Below, piece after piece: positions 27,556 to 37,686 of a stretch of 64,000 nt of DNA. The stretch is from Candidatus Curtissbacteria bacterium (GTDB lineage Bacteria > Patescibacteriota > Microgenomatia > Curtissbacterales > GWA2-41-24), in the NCBI GenBank assembly GCA_030647775.1, contig JAUSJC010000010.1, positions 433,334 through 497,333 of the forward strand, written 5' to 3'. Within the stretch, counting starts at the first letter, position 1. The number at the start of each line of letters is the position of its first letter. A model generated the notes under the pieces. It had not been told where the DNA came from. It made no database searches and saw only the letters and a list, made by a program, of their open reading frames with translations. Position numbers and translations under genes: made by a program.

Positions 27556-28551
27556 ATGCCAAATTACGAAGAATTAAAAAATATTCTAGGGCCACTAAGG
27601 GTTTTTGAAAATGAACCACTGGCAAACCATACCTATTTTAAAATCGGCGGCCCGGCGCGGCTTTTTTTCGAGGCTAAAAGCTTGGATGATCTCAAGCTGG
27701 CCATAACAACAGCCAAAGAAAATAAAATCCCATTTGTTATTCTTGGCGGCGGCGCTAACGTACTTGTATCGGATAAAGGCTTTAACGGACTGGTTATTAA
27801 AAACAGGGCGGATGGTATAAAACTGGTTGGTTTAAAAGGGACAATCGACAAAACCGGGACCGGGATCAAAAACGCTCTTGTTTGGGCTTCATCTGGTACG
27901 CCGATGAATCAGCTTGCCCGCTTTACCATTGATCAAGGCTTGGAGGGGTTGGAATTTTTACTGTCTGTCCCCGGAACTATTGGCGGCGGGCTTAAAATTA
28001 ATGCCCATTTCGAAGTTGAGAAAGGCGATTTTATCGGCAGCCGGTTAGTTTCCGCGCTACTCTTTAACACAAAAACCAACCAAATAAAAAACGTAGACCA
28101 GACTTATTTCGAATTTTCTTACGACTATTCCAAAATCCAACAAACCGGTGAAATAGTTCTAGAAGCCGTTTTTCGGCTGGACAGAGCCCAAGATTCCCAA
28201 GGCCTTTGGCAAAGAGCGATGGATAATGTCAAAAGAAGAAATGACCAGCAGCCGGTCGGAATTGCCTGCTCCGGTTGTGTCTTCCGCAACATTTCACACG
28301 AGGATGCAGTTCATCTGGCCACTCCTAACCTGACAACATCAACCGGCTACATTATCGATAGCCTTGGCCTTAAAGGTACCAAAATTGGAGGCGCCGAAAT
28401 TTCTACCCACCACGCCAATTTTATCTTAAATACCGGAGGCGCCATGGCCCAAGATGTTATAGAATTGATTAACCTGATCAAGGCCAAAGCTAAAGAAACA
28501 TACGGTTTGGATTTAAAAGAAGAAATATTTTTGATCGGAGATTTTTTATGA
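27556..28551 (+). CDS. murB: UDP-N-acetylenolpyruvoylglucosamine reductase MurB
   Basis: FKIGGPARLFFEAKSLDDL ... FVILGGGANVLVSD FAD-binding signature. Confidence 0.9.
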   Translation: MPNYEELKNILGPLRVFENEPLANHTYFKIGGPARLFFEAKSLDDLKLAITTAKENKIPFVILGGGANVLVSDKGFNGLVIKNRADGIKLVGLKGTIDKTGTGIKNALVWASSGTPMNQLARFTIDQGLEGLEFLLSVPGTIGGGLKINAHFEVEKGDFIGSRLVSALLFNTKTNQIKNVDQTYFEFSYDYSKIQQTGEIVLEAVFRLDRAQDSQGLWQRAMDNVKRRNDQQPVGIACSGCVFRNISHEDAVHLATPNLTTSTGYIIDSLGLKGTKIGGAEISTHHANFILNTGGAMAQDVIELINLIKAKAKETYGLDLKEEIFLIGDFL

Positions 28552-29804
28552 TTACTTATGAGATAACTGGCGGCACAAAACTTTCAGGCAAAATCAAAGT
28601 TGCCGGTAATAAAAACTCAATTCTGCCCATTATGGCCGCTTGTCTTCTAACAGAAGACACTTGTACCATCAAAAACGTTCCCCAAATTTCCGATGTGGAT
28701 GTGATGAAAAAGCTGCTCGAGCTAACCGGAGCAAAAATTGAGTGGAAGGATAAATCAACGCTTGTTATAAGCGCCAAAGAAGTAAAACCAGTAGATTTTC
28801 CCCAAGAATTGACACAAAAGCTAAGAGCGGCTGTCCTCCTCATGGGGCCGATGTTGGCTAGATGCGGTGAAGTTAAAATGGGCCACCCGGGAGGAGATAT
28901 TATTGGCAGAAGACCTCTAGATACCCATATCCAATCACTTATTGCCCTCGGTGCCAAAATAAAAGAAGGCGATTTTTATGAAGGCTCGACCAAAGGCTTT
29001 AAGGGTACAGGTATCTTTTTAGAAGAGGCCTCTGTTACTGCTACCGAAAACGTCATTATGGCATCTGTTTTAGCAAGCGGTACAACCACGATCAGGAGAG
29101 CTGCTTCAGAGCCACACGTTATCGACCTATGCCAGTTTTTAAACAAAATGGGGGCACAAATCTCCGGTATCGGCTCAAACGTTCTAACAATTGTCGGCGT
29201 AAAACGTCTAAAAGGTACAACTTTCAAAGTCCGCCCCGATCATATTGAAGTTGGTACTTTTGCGATTTTGGCACTAGTTACCGCTACCAAGTTGGAAATA
29301 GCCCCTGTCATCAAAGAAGATGTCGAAATGATACTTCTTACTCTTTCAAAGTTCGGAGCCAAATATAAGCTGGGGAAAGAAACGCTTACTGTTTTCGGCA
29401 GTAAGCTTAAAGCCATAGAAAAAGTAGTAACTGGCGTCTGGCCGGGTTTTCCGACTGACCTAATTGCACCAATGATTGTTTTGGCAACCCAGGCCAAGGG
29501 CGTGACTATTATTCACGATTGGATGTACGAATCGCGGATGTTTTTTGTCGACAAACTTCTTTCGATGGGTGCTAAAGTTGAAATTGCTGATCCTCACAGA
29601 GTGCTTGTGTACGGCCCAACGAAGCTTTTCGGCCAAAGGCTGGACACTCCCGATATTAGGGCCGGTATCGCCATTGTTATCGCCGCACTTTCTGCAACAG
29701 GTAAGAGCCAAATCGATAAAGCCGAGCTTATCGAGAGAGGTTATGAAAATATAGTGGAAAGACTTTTAGCTCTCGGTGCCCAAATAACCCGTAGGCAGTC
29801 ATAA
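28548..29804 (+). CDS. murA: UDP-N-acetylglucosamine 1-carboxyvinyltransferase MurA
   Basis: ITGGTKLSGKIKVAGNKNSILPIMAACLL EPSP-synthase-fold signature. Confidence 0.9.
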   Translation: MITYEITGGTKLSGKIKVAGNKNSILPIMAACLLTEDTCTIKNVPQISDVDVMKKLLELTGAKIEWKDKSTLVISAKEVKPVDFPQELTQKLRAAVLLMGPMLARCGEVKMGHPGGDIIGRRPLDTHIQSLIALGAKIKEGDFYEGSTKGFKGTGIFLEEASVTATENVIMASVLASGTTTIRRAASEPHVIDLCQFLNKMGAQISGIGSNVLTIVGVKRLKGTTFKVRPDHIEVGTFAILALVTATKLEIAPVIKEDVEMILLTLSKFGAKYKLGKETLTVFGSKLKAIEKVVTGVWPGFPTDLIAPMIVLATQAKGVTIIHDWMYESRMFFVDKLLSMGAKVEIADPHRVLVYGPTKLFGQRLDTPDIRAGIAIVIAALSATGKSQIDKAELIERGYENIVERLLALGAQITRRQS

Positions 29805-30731
29805 ATGTCCAAGAAATTAAAAGTTGGTGTTCTTTTTGGCGGCAAATCACCCGAGCACGAGATTTCAAAAATTTCCGGCAGGGAAGTCATCAAAAATCTG
29901 AATAAGGATAAATACGAAATAATCCCAATTTATATTGACAAAGACGGCAATTTTGATTCCCCCGCAAAAGTAGGATCGCTAAAAAAGCTAATCGATATTG
30001 CTTTCATTGCCATGCATGGTCCGTTAGGGGAAGATGGCACGATTCAGGGACTCCTTGAGTTTTTAGGAATCCCATATACCGGTTCCAGAGTTCTAGCATC
30101 GGCTTTGGGCATGGACAAAATTTCCTCGCTCGCAATATTTGCTCAAGAAGGTTTAAAAATACCCAAATATGTGGTTGTCGACAATCCCCATGTAGATATT
30201 AAAGATTTCAAACTGCCAGTTTTTGTCAAACCGGCAAATCATGGATCTTCAGTCGGCGTCTCAAAAGTTATACATAAAAATCAGCTCAAGCAAGCAATCA
30301 CTCTCGCCCTAAAATACAGTCCAGAAGTTCTCGTACAGGAATTTATTGATGGGGTAGAGGTAACCTGCGCAATCCTTGGGAATGACAAGCCAAAAGCTCT
30401 ACCTCTTGTTGAAATCGTTCCCAAAAAAGAATTTTTCGATTATGAAGCCAAATATGATGCAAATCTTACCGACGAAATCGTTCCGGCAAGAATCAGCAAG
30501 TCTCTAACAAAAAAAGCTCAAGAAGCCGCCTTAAAAGCTTACAGAGCGATCGGTTGCAAAGATTTTGGACGGGTAGACATGATCATTCGCGGCAAAGATA
30601 TCTATGCCCTCGAGATCAACACAATTCCCGGACTTACACCCGTTTCTCTTTTCCCCAAAGCCGCCAAGGCTGCCGGCATCTCATACGAAAAACTGCTGGA
30701 TAAAATTATTTCCCTCTCGCAAGAAAATTAA
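29805..30731 (+). CDS. ddl: D-alanine--D-alanine ligase
   Basis: KVGVLFGGKSPEHEIS N-terminus; ATP-grasp motifs. Confidence 0.9.
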   Translation: MSKKLKVGVLFGGKSPEHEISKISGREVIKNLNKDKYEIIPIYIDKDGNFDSPAKVGSLKKLIDIAFIAMHGPLGEDGTIQGLLEFLGIPYTGSRVLASALGMDKISSLAIFAQEGLKIPKYVVVDNPHVDIKDFKLPVFVKPANHGSSVGVSKVIHKNQLKQAITLALKYSPEVLVQEFIDGVEVTCAILGNDKPKALPLVEIVPKKEFFDYEAKYDANLTDEIVPARISKSLTKKAQEAALKAYRAIGCKDFGRVDMIIRGKDIYALEINTIPGLTPVSLFPKAAKAAGISYEKLLDKIISLSQEN

Positions 30732-30776
30732 CTCCAGTTCTTTGAATTAAGTGCCCAAAAAAGATATAATAGCAGA

Positions 30777-31985
30777 TTGATGATGTTTAATACCGATATT
30801 TTTGAAGAGGTCAGATCATGGAAAAAACCTCTCCATAAATCAAGGAATTATATTGCCAAAAATTACCTCAAACTTCTTCCGGAAGTCGAGGTAATCGGTA
30901 TTACCGGTAGCGTTGGTAAAACCCTAACCCAAAACGCAATTTATTCGGTACTTTCCCAAAAATTTAACGTCGCCACCGGCGGCGAAAATCTTGATCCTAC
31001 ATTTCGTATTCCCCAAACGATTCTTGCAACCAAGCCGTGGAATCAAAAAGTAGTCCTCGAATATGGAGTCGAAAAACCCGGCAATATGGATCATTACCTT
31101 TCTATCGTCAAACCTAAAATTGCGGTTGTTACGACTATCTCCCCGACCCACACAAAATATTTTAAAGATATCGAGGGTATCTATAGTGAAAAGGTTAAGT
31201 TGGTAAAGGCTCTTGGTAAAAGCGGCTATGCAGTCTTAAACGCCGATGATCCAAACGTCACGAAAATGGCAAATGAAACCGAAGCCAGAATTTATTGGTA
31301 CGGTAAAAAGGCAGCCGACGGCGTAAAAATATCGCATTTTTCGCAAAGTCTTACCGGGTCAACCTTTCGTTTGCACTACAAAAGCCAAAAAGCTACTGTC
31401 AGCTGGAAGGCAGTGGGCGAACATCAATTAACTTCGGCATATGCCGCTGCAGCCGTCGGTCTTTTGGAGGGTTTGACTTTAAAACAAATCGCCAAGGGGC
31501 TTTCCCAAGTGAAATTGCCCGTGCACCGTCTGACTCCGCTTGTTACCAAAAACTTCAATATTATCGACGATACTTATAATTCTTCTCCAAAAGCGGCTCT
31601 TGAAGCCTTGAAAACGTTCCTCAAATTATCGAAAAATTTGCATAAAATAATTGTCCTCGGTCCGATGAAGGACTTGGGTCATTTATCCCTCGAAGAACAC
31701 AAAAAACTTGGGTCAGCCATTGCCAAATCTAAAATTAATGTTCTTATCACATACGAAAAGGTTGCCGAAATTATCGGCAAATCAGCCAAAAAATACGGCT
31801 TTGTCGGTAGAGTTCTAAATTCCGATTCAACGCAAGAAATTATAAAAGAAATTAAAAAACTCAAAAAGGCAAACAGCGTAATTCTAATTAAGGGCTCCCG
31901 CCATGCCCACCTGGAAAGAGTCGTTAATGGGCTTTTAGGAAAATCGACAAAGCTAAACTGTTACCACTGTGGTAATCTTAAATAA
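30777..31985 (+). CDS. murF: UDP-MurNAc-tripeptide--D-alanyl-D-alanine ligase MurF
   Basis: VIGITGSVGKTLT P-loop; position before mraY. Confidence 0.85.
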   Translation: MMMFNTDIFEEVRSWKKPLHKSRNYIAKNYLKLLPEVEVIGITGSVGKTLTQNAIYSVLSQKFNVATGGENLDPTFRIPQTILATKPWNQKVVLEYGVEKPGNMDHYLSIVKPKIAVVTTISPTHTKYFKDIEGIYSEKVKLVKALGKSGYAVLNADDPNVTKMANETEARIYWYGKKAADGVKISHFSQSLTGSTFRLHYKSQKATVSWKAVGEHQLTSAYAAAAVGLLEGLTLKQIAKGLSQVKLPVHRLTPLVTKNFNIIDDTYNSSPKAALEALKTFLKLSKNLHKIIVLGPMKDLGHLSLEEHKKLGSAIAKSKINVLITYEKVAEIIGKSAKKYGFVGRVLNSDSTQEIIKEIKKLKKANSVILIKGSRHAHLERVVNGLLGKSTKLNCYHCGNLK

Positions 31986-32004
31986 CTGCTCAAAATTAAT
32001 TTAG

Positions 32005-33036
32005 ATGGTTCAAATTTTAGGCTTACTGCTATTATCATTTTTTACAATCAGTATTCTCCTGGTTCCGTTTATAAACGCCCTCTATAAAATAAGATTTCAA
32101 AGACGCAGTCAAAAAACTCGCGACATCTTTGAGGCTAGGACTCCAATTTTTGATAAACTTCATGGCCATAAAGTCGGCACTCCGGTAGGCGGTGGAGCCC
32201 TGGTAATTTTAGTTGTGACTGCCCTTTATCTGGTTATTGTAAGTCTTGCCCCGCAGTTGGGGATTGAAAGAACCGCCGTCTACCCTTACAAAAAAGAAGT
32301 CCAAGTTCTCCTCTTCACTTTTCTCTCATTTGGTCTTTTAGGTGCATACGATGATCTTAGAAAAACTTTCGGTTTTACAAAAAATAAATTCTGGGGGATG
32401 CGCTTTCGCCATAAATTCGCTGTCCAGTGGGCCTTAGCACTGGCAGTTGCCTGTTTTCTTTATTTTGGCTTGGGAATTCACATTGTTAACGTCAGATTTT
32501 TTGATGTTTTTGACCTCGGCCTTTTATATATCCCTTTTGCCGCTTTTGTCATCGTTTCTTTTGCCAACGCCGTCAATATTTCAGATGGTCTTGACGGCCT
32601 GGCAACGGGGCTTCTCTTAATTTGCCTCCTAGCCTTCTTAATAATATCCCGCACGATTTTAGATACCACTCTTTCAACATTTTTGGGCCTTTGGATCGGC
32701 GCCCTTATCGCTTTTCTTTATTTCAACATTTGGCCCGCCAGGATTTGGCTTGGCGATGTCGGTGCTCTCTCCTTCGGCGCCACTCTTGCCGTTATCGGTC
32801 TTATTTTAGGAAAGTCAATTGCCCTTCCGGTTATTGGCGGCATGTTTATTGTTGAAGTTGCCTCCTCGCTCGCGCAAATAGTTTCTAAAAAAATCAGGCA
32901 TAAAAAACTTTTCGAGGTTGCCCCGATTCATCTCTGGCTCCAGAATAAAGGCTGGGAAGAATCAAAAATAGTTTTCCGGTTTTGGCTGGCTCAAATTATG
33001 TTCGCCGTATTTGGCCTCTGGCTCTCCTTTTTCTAA
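32005..33036 (+). CDS. mraY: phospho-N-acetylmuramoyl-pentapeptide transferase MraY
   Basis: NISDGLDGLATG and other MraY motifs; polytopic membrane protein. Confidence 0.9.
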   Translation: MVQILGLLLLSFFTISILLVPFINALYKIRFQRRSQKTRDIFEARTPIFDKLHGHKVGTPVGGGALVILVVTALYLVIVSLAPQLGIERTAVYPYKKEVQVLLFTFLSFGLLGAYDDLRKTFGFTKNKFWGMRFRHKFAVQWALALAVACFLYFGLGIHIVNVRFFDVFDLGLLYIPFAAFVIVSFANAVNISDGLDGLATGLLLICLLAFLIISRTILDTTLSTFLGLWIGALIAFLYFNIWPARIWLGDVGALSFGATLAVIGLILGKSIALPVIGGMFIVEVASSLAQIVSKKIRHKKLFEVAPIHLWLQNKGWEESKIVFRFWLAQIMFAVFGLWLSFF

Positions 33037-33074
33037 TTTTATGAGCGAAAACGAAGAAAATAAGCTCTCTTAAG

Positions 33075-33857
33075 ATGCAAGATAAACGACCAATAGGACT
33101 TTTTGATTCCGGTGTTGGCGGCCTCTCCGTTCTTTTGGAAATTGCCAAAATCCTCCCCAACGAAAACTTCATTTTTCTGGCTGATCAGCTAAACGTTCCC
33201 TATGGCGGCAAAACTAAAAGGGAACTGGAAGACCTAACTGAACGAATCACTTACTTCTTAATGAAGAAAAAAATAAAAGCTCTGGTGGTTGCCTGTAACA
33301 CGGCAACTTGTTACGCCTTGGATTATTTAAGGTTCAATTTCGATATTCCCATAGTCGGCGTCGTTCCGGCCGTTAAGCCCTCCGCCAAACTTACCAAAAC
33401 CGGGAAAATTGCCATTATGTCCACACCAGCCACAGCCAAAAGCGCCTATTTGGCTTCTCTAATAGTAGAATTCGGTAAGCATAAAAATTTCCTTAAACTA
33501 GGATGCGATGGTTTAGAAGATGCTGTCGAGACCTTAGATACAAATGCACTTGAGAAGCTTTTAGATAAATATTGCGCACAGATTAAAAAATTTGGTGCGG
33601 ATGTTGTGATCTTAGGTTGTACCCACTTCCCATTTCTAAAAGAAGATATTAAAAAAAGGCTTGGCCCCAATGTGAAAGTTATTGATTCAGGCCAAGCAAT
33701 TGCTAGGCGTGTTAAGTATCTTCTCAAGAGGAAAGACATTCTTTCTTCATCAAAAGATAGCGACCTTTTTTTTACTACGGGTGACGAGAAAGAATTTTCG
33801 CGCGTTGCTTCCCAACTTTTAGAATCTATTATCAAGTCCCAAAAAGCAGAGATCTAA
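33075..33857 (+). CDS. murI: glutamate racemase MurI
   Basis: IGLFDSGVGGLSVL and VVACNTAT motifs. Confidence 0.9.
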   Translation: MQDKRPIGLFDSGVGGLSVLLEIAKILPNENFIFLADQLNVPYGGKTKRELEDLTERITYFLMKKKIKALVVACNTATCYALDYLRFNFDIPIVGVVPAVKPSAKLTKTGKIAIMSTPATAKSAYLASLIVEFGKHKNFLKLGCDGLEDAVETLDTNALEKLLDKYCAQIKKFGADVVILGCTHFPFLKEDIKKRLGPNVKVIDSGQAIARRVKYLLKRKDILSSSKDSDLFFTTGDEKEFSRVASQLLESIIKSQKAEI

Positions 33858-33858
33858 A

Positions 33859-35208
33859 ATGAATAGAAACAGCGGCGTGAAGATTCTAAGAGAAAAATAT
33901 CCAGTATTTGAATACTCAAGTTTTTCTTATAAGAAAAAGGCTAAATCACTTGTTATCTCTTTTCTTTTTAAGATCCGTCCGGATATTGTATTTGAACCCG
34001 TTTTAGAAATTAAAAATGTTGATAATTTTGAAAATATAGAAAACTTTATTTTCCATTTAGGGTTAATTGAAATGTTGAGCTATTGGAAAGTCACCTGCTC
34101 TCCACTCATAAAAATAAAAGCTGGGTCATTAAACCAAAAACAAATAAATTGGTGGAAAAACTTACTTATAAAAGGTCTTGGAGAATTCTTCTATCAAAAT
34201 GATATCGACTTTAAAGAAGAAGATTTTGTGAGAATTGAAAGTGCTGGCAAAAAACTTTTTCAATATGACAAAGTCGGCCATAAAGATCGTTATTTAATTC
34301 TAAATGGAGGGGGAAGGGATTCTGTTGTCTCATTAGAATTTTTAAAAGAGCTTAAAAAACAAACAAAAATTTTAATGCTCAACCCTACCCAAGCCCAATT
34401 AGCTGTAACCAGAGTTTCTGGCGTAGATAATCCGATCATTGTTAAAAGAGAAATTGATAAAAGATTACTAGATCTAAACCAGAAAGGATATTTAAATGGC
34501 CATACTCCATTCTCGGCATATTTATCTTTCCTTTCTATTCTATGTTCTAAACTTTTTGACTATAAATACATTATTTCTTCAAATGAAAGAAGCTCTAACG
34601 AAGGAAACCTTGAATTTAAAGGCGAGAAGATTAATCACCAATATTCCAAAAGCTTCGAATTCGAGAAATCTTTTAGACAATATGCAAAAGAGAATCTATC
34701 AGATGACATAGAATATTTAAGTTTATTAAGGCCGCTTTACGAAATTCAAATTTCCAGGATATTTTCGAATTACAAACAATATTTCGGTGCATTTAAAAGC
34801 TGCAATAGGGGGCAAAAAACCAACAGCTGGTGTGGGAAATGCCCAAAGTGTCTTTCAATTTTTATTTCCTTATATCCATTCGTAGGTGAAGGTCAGGCAG
34901 AAATAATCTTCGGGAAAAACTTATATAAAGACACAGATCTCGTTGGTCTTCTCGGAGAAATCAGCGGTGAGGGCGAGAACAAACCTTTTGAGTGCGTAGG
35001 AACTTTTGAAGAAATTTTAACAGGTCTTTATCTAAGCTCAAAAAAGGCCGGAGAACAATTAAAAGAACTTCCTCTTTTGGAATTTGCGGTTTCTGAAATT
35101 TTACCTAAATATAATATGGAAGAAATTCAAGAAAGAATCATTAATGGTTGGGACGACGAAAATTTTCTGCCGGGAAAAATTGTTACTACACTCAAAAATA
35201 ATGTTTGA
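33859..35208 (+). CDS. uncharacterised protein with a PP-loop-like motif and a C-terminal Cys cluster, embedded between murI and murD
   Basis: LILNGGGRDSVV resembles the SGGxDS adenine-nucleotide alpha-hydrolase PP-loop; CNRGQKTNSWCGKCPKC Cys cluster; about 140-aa N-terminal region without a recognisable motif. Confidence 0.5.
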   Translation: MNRNSGVKILREKYPVFEYSSFSYKKKAKSLVISFLFKIRPDIVFEPVLEIKNVDNFENIENFIFHLGLIEMLSYWKVTCSPLIKIKAGSLNQKQINWWKNLLIKGLGEFFYQNDIDFKEEDFVRIESAGKKLFQYDKVGHKDRYLILNGGGRDSVVSLEFLKELKKQTKILMLNPTQAQLAVTRVSGVDNPIIVKREIDKRLLDLNQKGYLNGHTPFSAYLSFLSILCSKLFDYKYIISSNERSSNEGNLEFKGEKINHQYSKSFEFEKSFRQYAKENLSDDIEYLSLLRPLYEIQISRIFSNYKQYFGAFKSCNRGQKTNSWCGKCPKCLSIFISLYPFVGEGQAEIIFGKNLYKDTDLVGLLGEISGEGENKPFECVGTFEEILTGLYLSSKKAGEQLKELPLLEFAVSEILPKYNMEEIQERIINGWDDENFLPGKIVTTLKNNV

Positions 35209-36571
35209 AGAATTCAAAGATAAAAATATTTTGATTCTGGGAGCAGGTCGGGAAGGGTTTTCTGCTTTAAAGTTGCTAAGAAAGATTTTCCCACGGAAAA
35301 GATTAACTATCTGCGATGAGAAAAATTTAGAGAAACTTGATAAAGAAATTCAGGAAATCGTCAGGGGTGATAAAAATTTAGAAGCAAATTTTGGCAAACA
35401 CTATTTAGATTTTCCTGGAAATATCGATCTTATAATTAAATCTCCTGGTATCCCGCGAAAAAAATTGGGAAAAATATCTGCGCAGATAACATCAGCAACG
35501 AAAATATTCTTCAAATACTGCAAAGGGACCATAATTGGTATCACCGGAACTAAAGGCAAAAGCACTACATCGTCACTTGTTTATAAGATTCTCAAAGACA
35601 ATGGTTTTAATGTTGAACTGGTAGGTAATATTGGTAAACCGGCAATTATATATCTTGACGCAAAAACAGAAGACAAAATTTTTATTTATGAACTATCAAG
35701 TTTCCAGCTTGAAGATCTACGTCAAAGCCCGCATATTGGGGTTATTTTGAATATCTATGAGGAACATCTGGATTATCACGAAAGCTTCGAAGATTATAAA
35801 AAAAGTAAAGTAAATATTACCCGGTGGCAAAAACCTAATGATTTTTTAATTTATAATTTTAATGCAGACTTAAAAGCGGTAATTATTTCCCAGACAAAGG
35901 CACAAAAAATCCCCTTTAGTATTTCAGAAGCAATAAATGACGGCTATTCTATTGAAAACGACTGGATAGTTAACGCAACGGACGGAAAGAAAGAAAAAAT
36001 AATGTCGCTTGATAATATAAATCTTATCGGAAAATTTAATTTGAATAATGTAATTGCTTCTATTGCAGTTACTAAAATTTTTGGGATCGAGAACAGAAAA
36101 ATAGAAAAATCCGTTAAATCATTTAAACCGCTGGAGCATCGTCTTCAGCTTGTAGGCACTTTCAGAGGCATTACATTTTATAATGATTCTATAGCCACAA
36201 ATCCGGGGGCAACGATAGCAGCAATGGATGCTCTTGGGGATAATTTGCAAACGATAATCCTTGGCGGATACGAACGGGGATTAAATTTCGATAATCTGGC
36301 AACGGAGTTAATCAACAGCAAGGTTGAAAACACTATTCTCTTTCCCGTAACCGGCAAGAGAATAAAGGAAGCAATACTTACACAAAAGCCGGACTGCAAG
36401 ATTCATTTCTATGATGCTAGTAATATGTCAGAAGCCGTGGCACTTGCTTGCTCAAATACGCAAGAGGGCAAAATTTGTTTACTCTCCCCAGCTTCGCCGA
36501 GTTTTAACATGTTCAAAAATTACGAGGACCGCGGCAGGCAGTTTGCCGCCGAAGTTAATAAACTAACGTGA
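35201..36571 (+). CDS. murD: UDP-N-acetylmuramoylalanine--D-glutamate ligase MurD
   Basis: ILILGAGREGFSALKLL; IGITGTKGKSTT P-loop; start set at MFEEFK (overlaps the stop of the previous gene). Confidence 0.85.
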   Translation: MFEEFKDKNILILGAGREGFSALKLLRKIFPRKRLTICDEKNLEKLDKEIQEIVRGDKNLEANFGKHYLDFPGNIDLIIKSPGIPRKKLGKISAQITSATKIFFKYCKGTIIGITGTKGKSTTSSLVYKILKDNGFNVELVGNIGKPAIIYLDAKTEDKIFIYELSSFQLEDLRQSPHIGVILNIYEEHLDYHESFEDYKKSKVNITRWQKPNDFLIYNFNADLKAVIISQTKAQKIPFSISEAINDGYSIENDWIVNATDGKKEKIMSLDNINLIGKFNLNNVIASIAVTKIFGIENRKIEKSVKSFKPLEHRLQLVGTFRGITFYNDSIATNPGATIAAMDALGDNLQTIILGGYERGLNFDNLATELINSKVENTILFPVTGKRIKEAILTQKPDCKIHFYDASNMSEAVALACSNTQEGKICLLSPASPSFNMFKNYEDRGRQFAAEVNKLT

Positions 36572-37686
36572 GAAATTATTTGGTCAGGTCAAAACAAAAG
36601 GCACTGGACCTGCCTTTTATTACTGCCACTGTCCTTATGGTTATACTTGGTCTCGTCATCATCTATGATGCCACGCCGGTTGCCGCCTTTCATGATTTTG
36701 GCGACAAGCTTTACTACTTCAAAAACCAGCTCATTTGGGCAACATTAGGTTCTTTTGCCCTCATCTTCTTTAGTTTTTTTGATTACCATAAGCTCTTGAA
36801 ATTTGCTTACCCGCTCCTTTCGGCAAGCGTTCTTCTTTTATTGGCAGTTCTTGTGCCCGGTATCGGTTCTAAAATTTACGGGGCCCGCCGTTGGATTTCT
36901 ATTGCCGGTTTTTCTTTTCAACCTTCGGAAATTGCCAAACTGGCGCTAATTTTCTACGAAACTGCGGTTATCTCCAAATTTGAAAACTTTAAAATTTCTT
37001 TTAAAGATGCTTTTTTAGTAATCTTTCTGCCGGCGTTTGCCGTTACCGGTCTTGTCCTAGTCCAGCCGGACCTGGGAACAGCCTTAATTTTGGCTAGCCT
37101 TACTTTAACAATTTACTTTGTAGGCGGTGGTCCACTTAAACATCTTGTTTTGGCCCTTTCTGCCATAATTGTTGCGGGAGTTGGTGCAATAATTCTTGAA
37201 CCATACCGTTTTGCTAGGTTCAAATCGTTCCTCGACCCCGCTCACGACCCGCAAGGTGCTTCTTACCAGATAAACCAAATATTAATCGCTCTTTCCCAAG
37301 GCGGGCTTTTCGGTGTCGGGCTTGGAGGCTCCCGCAGCAAGTTTGACTTCATCCCCGAAGTTCAGGGAGACGCAATTTTTGCCGTTTTTGTTGAAGAACT
37401 GGGCTTTATTGGTGCCGTACTTTTAATTGCGCTTTTCCTTTTTATCATCTCCAGGGGCATCGCCATTGCCAGAAATGCCCCGGACCCGACCGGCAAAATT
37501 TTGGCAATCGGACTGGTTGGCTTAATTGCCGTCCAGGCGCTTTTTAATCTGGCTTCTGTCGTTGCCCTTGTCCCCCTAACCGGTGTACCGCTTCCGTTTA
37601 TTTCCTATGGTGGTTCGTCGCTTTTTGTTATAGTTGCCGCGATTGGTATTCTTATTAATATTGAAAGGCAATCGCAAAAAGCATGA
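36568..37686 (+). CDS. ftsW: FtsW (SEDS family peptidoglycan polymerase / lipid II flippase)
   Basis: SEDS motifs (FQPSE, PDLGT, ISYGGSS); position between murD and murG. Confidence 0.9.
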   Translation: MRNYLVRSKQKALDLPFITATVLMVILGLVIIYDATPVAAFHDFGDKLYYFKNQLIWATLGSFALIFFSFFDYHKLLKFAYPLLSASVLLLLAVLVPGIGSKIYGARRWISIAGFSFQPSEIAKLALIFYETAVISKFENFKISFKDAFLVIFLPAFAVTGLVLVQPDLGTALILASLTLTIYFVGGGPLKHLVLALSAIIVAGVGAIILEPYRFARFKSFLDPAHDPQGASYQINQILIALSQGGLFGVGLGGSRSKFDFIPEVQGDAIFAVFVEELGFIGAVLLIALFLFIISRGIAIARNAPDPTGKILAIGLVGLIAVQALFNLASVVALVPLTGVPLPFISYGGSSLFVIVAAIGILINIERQSQKA

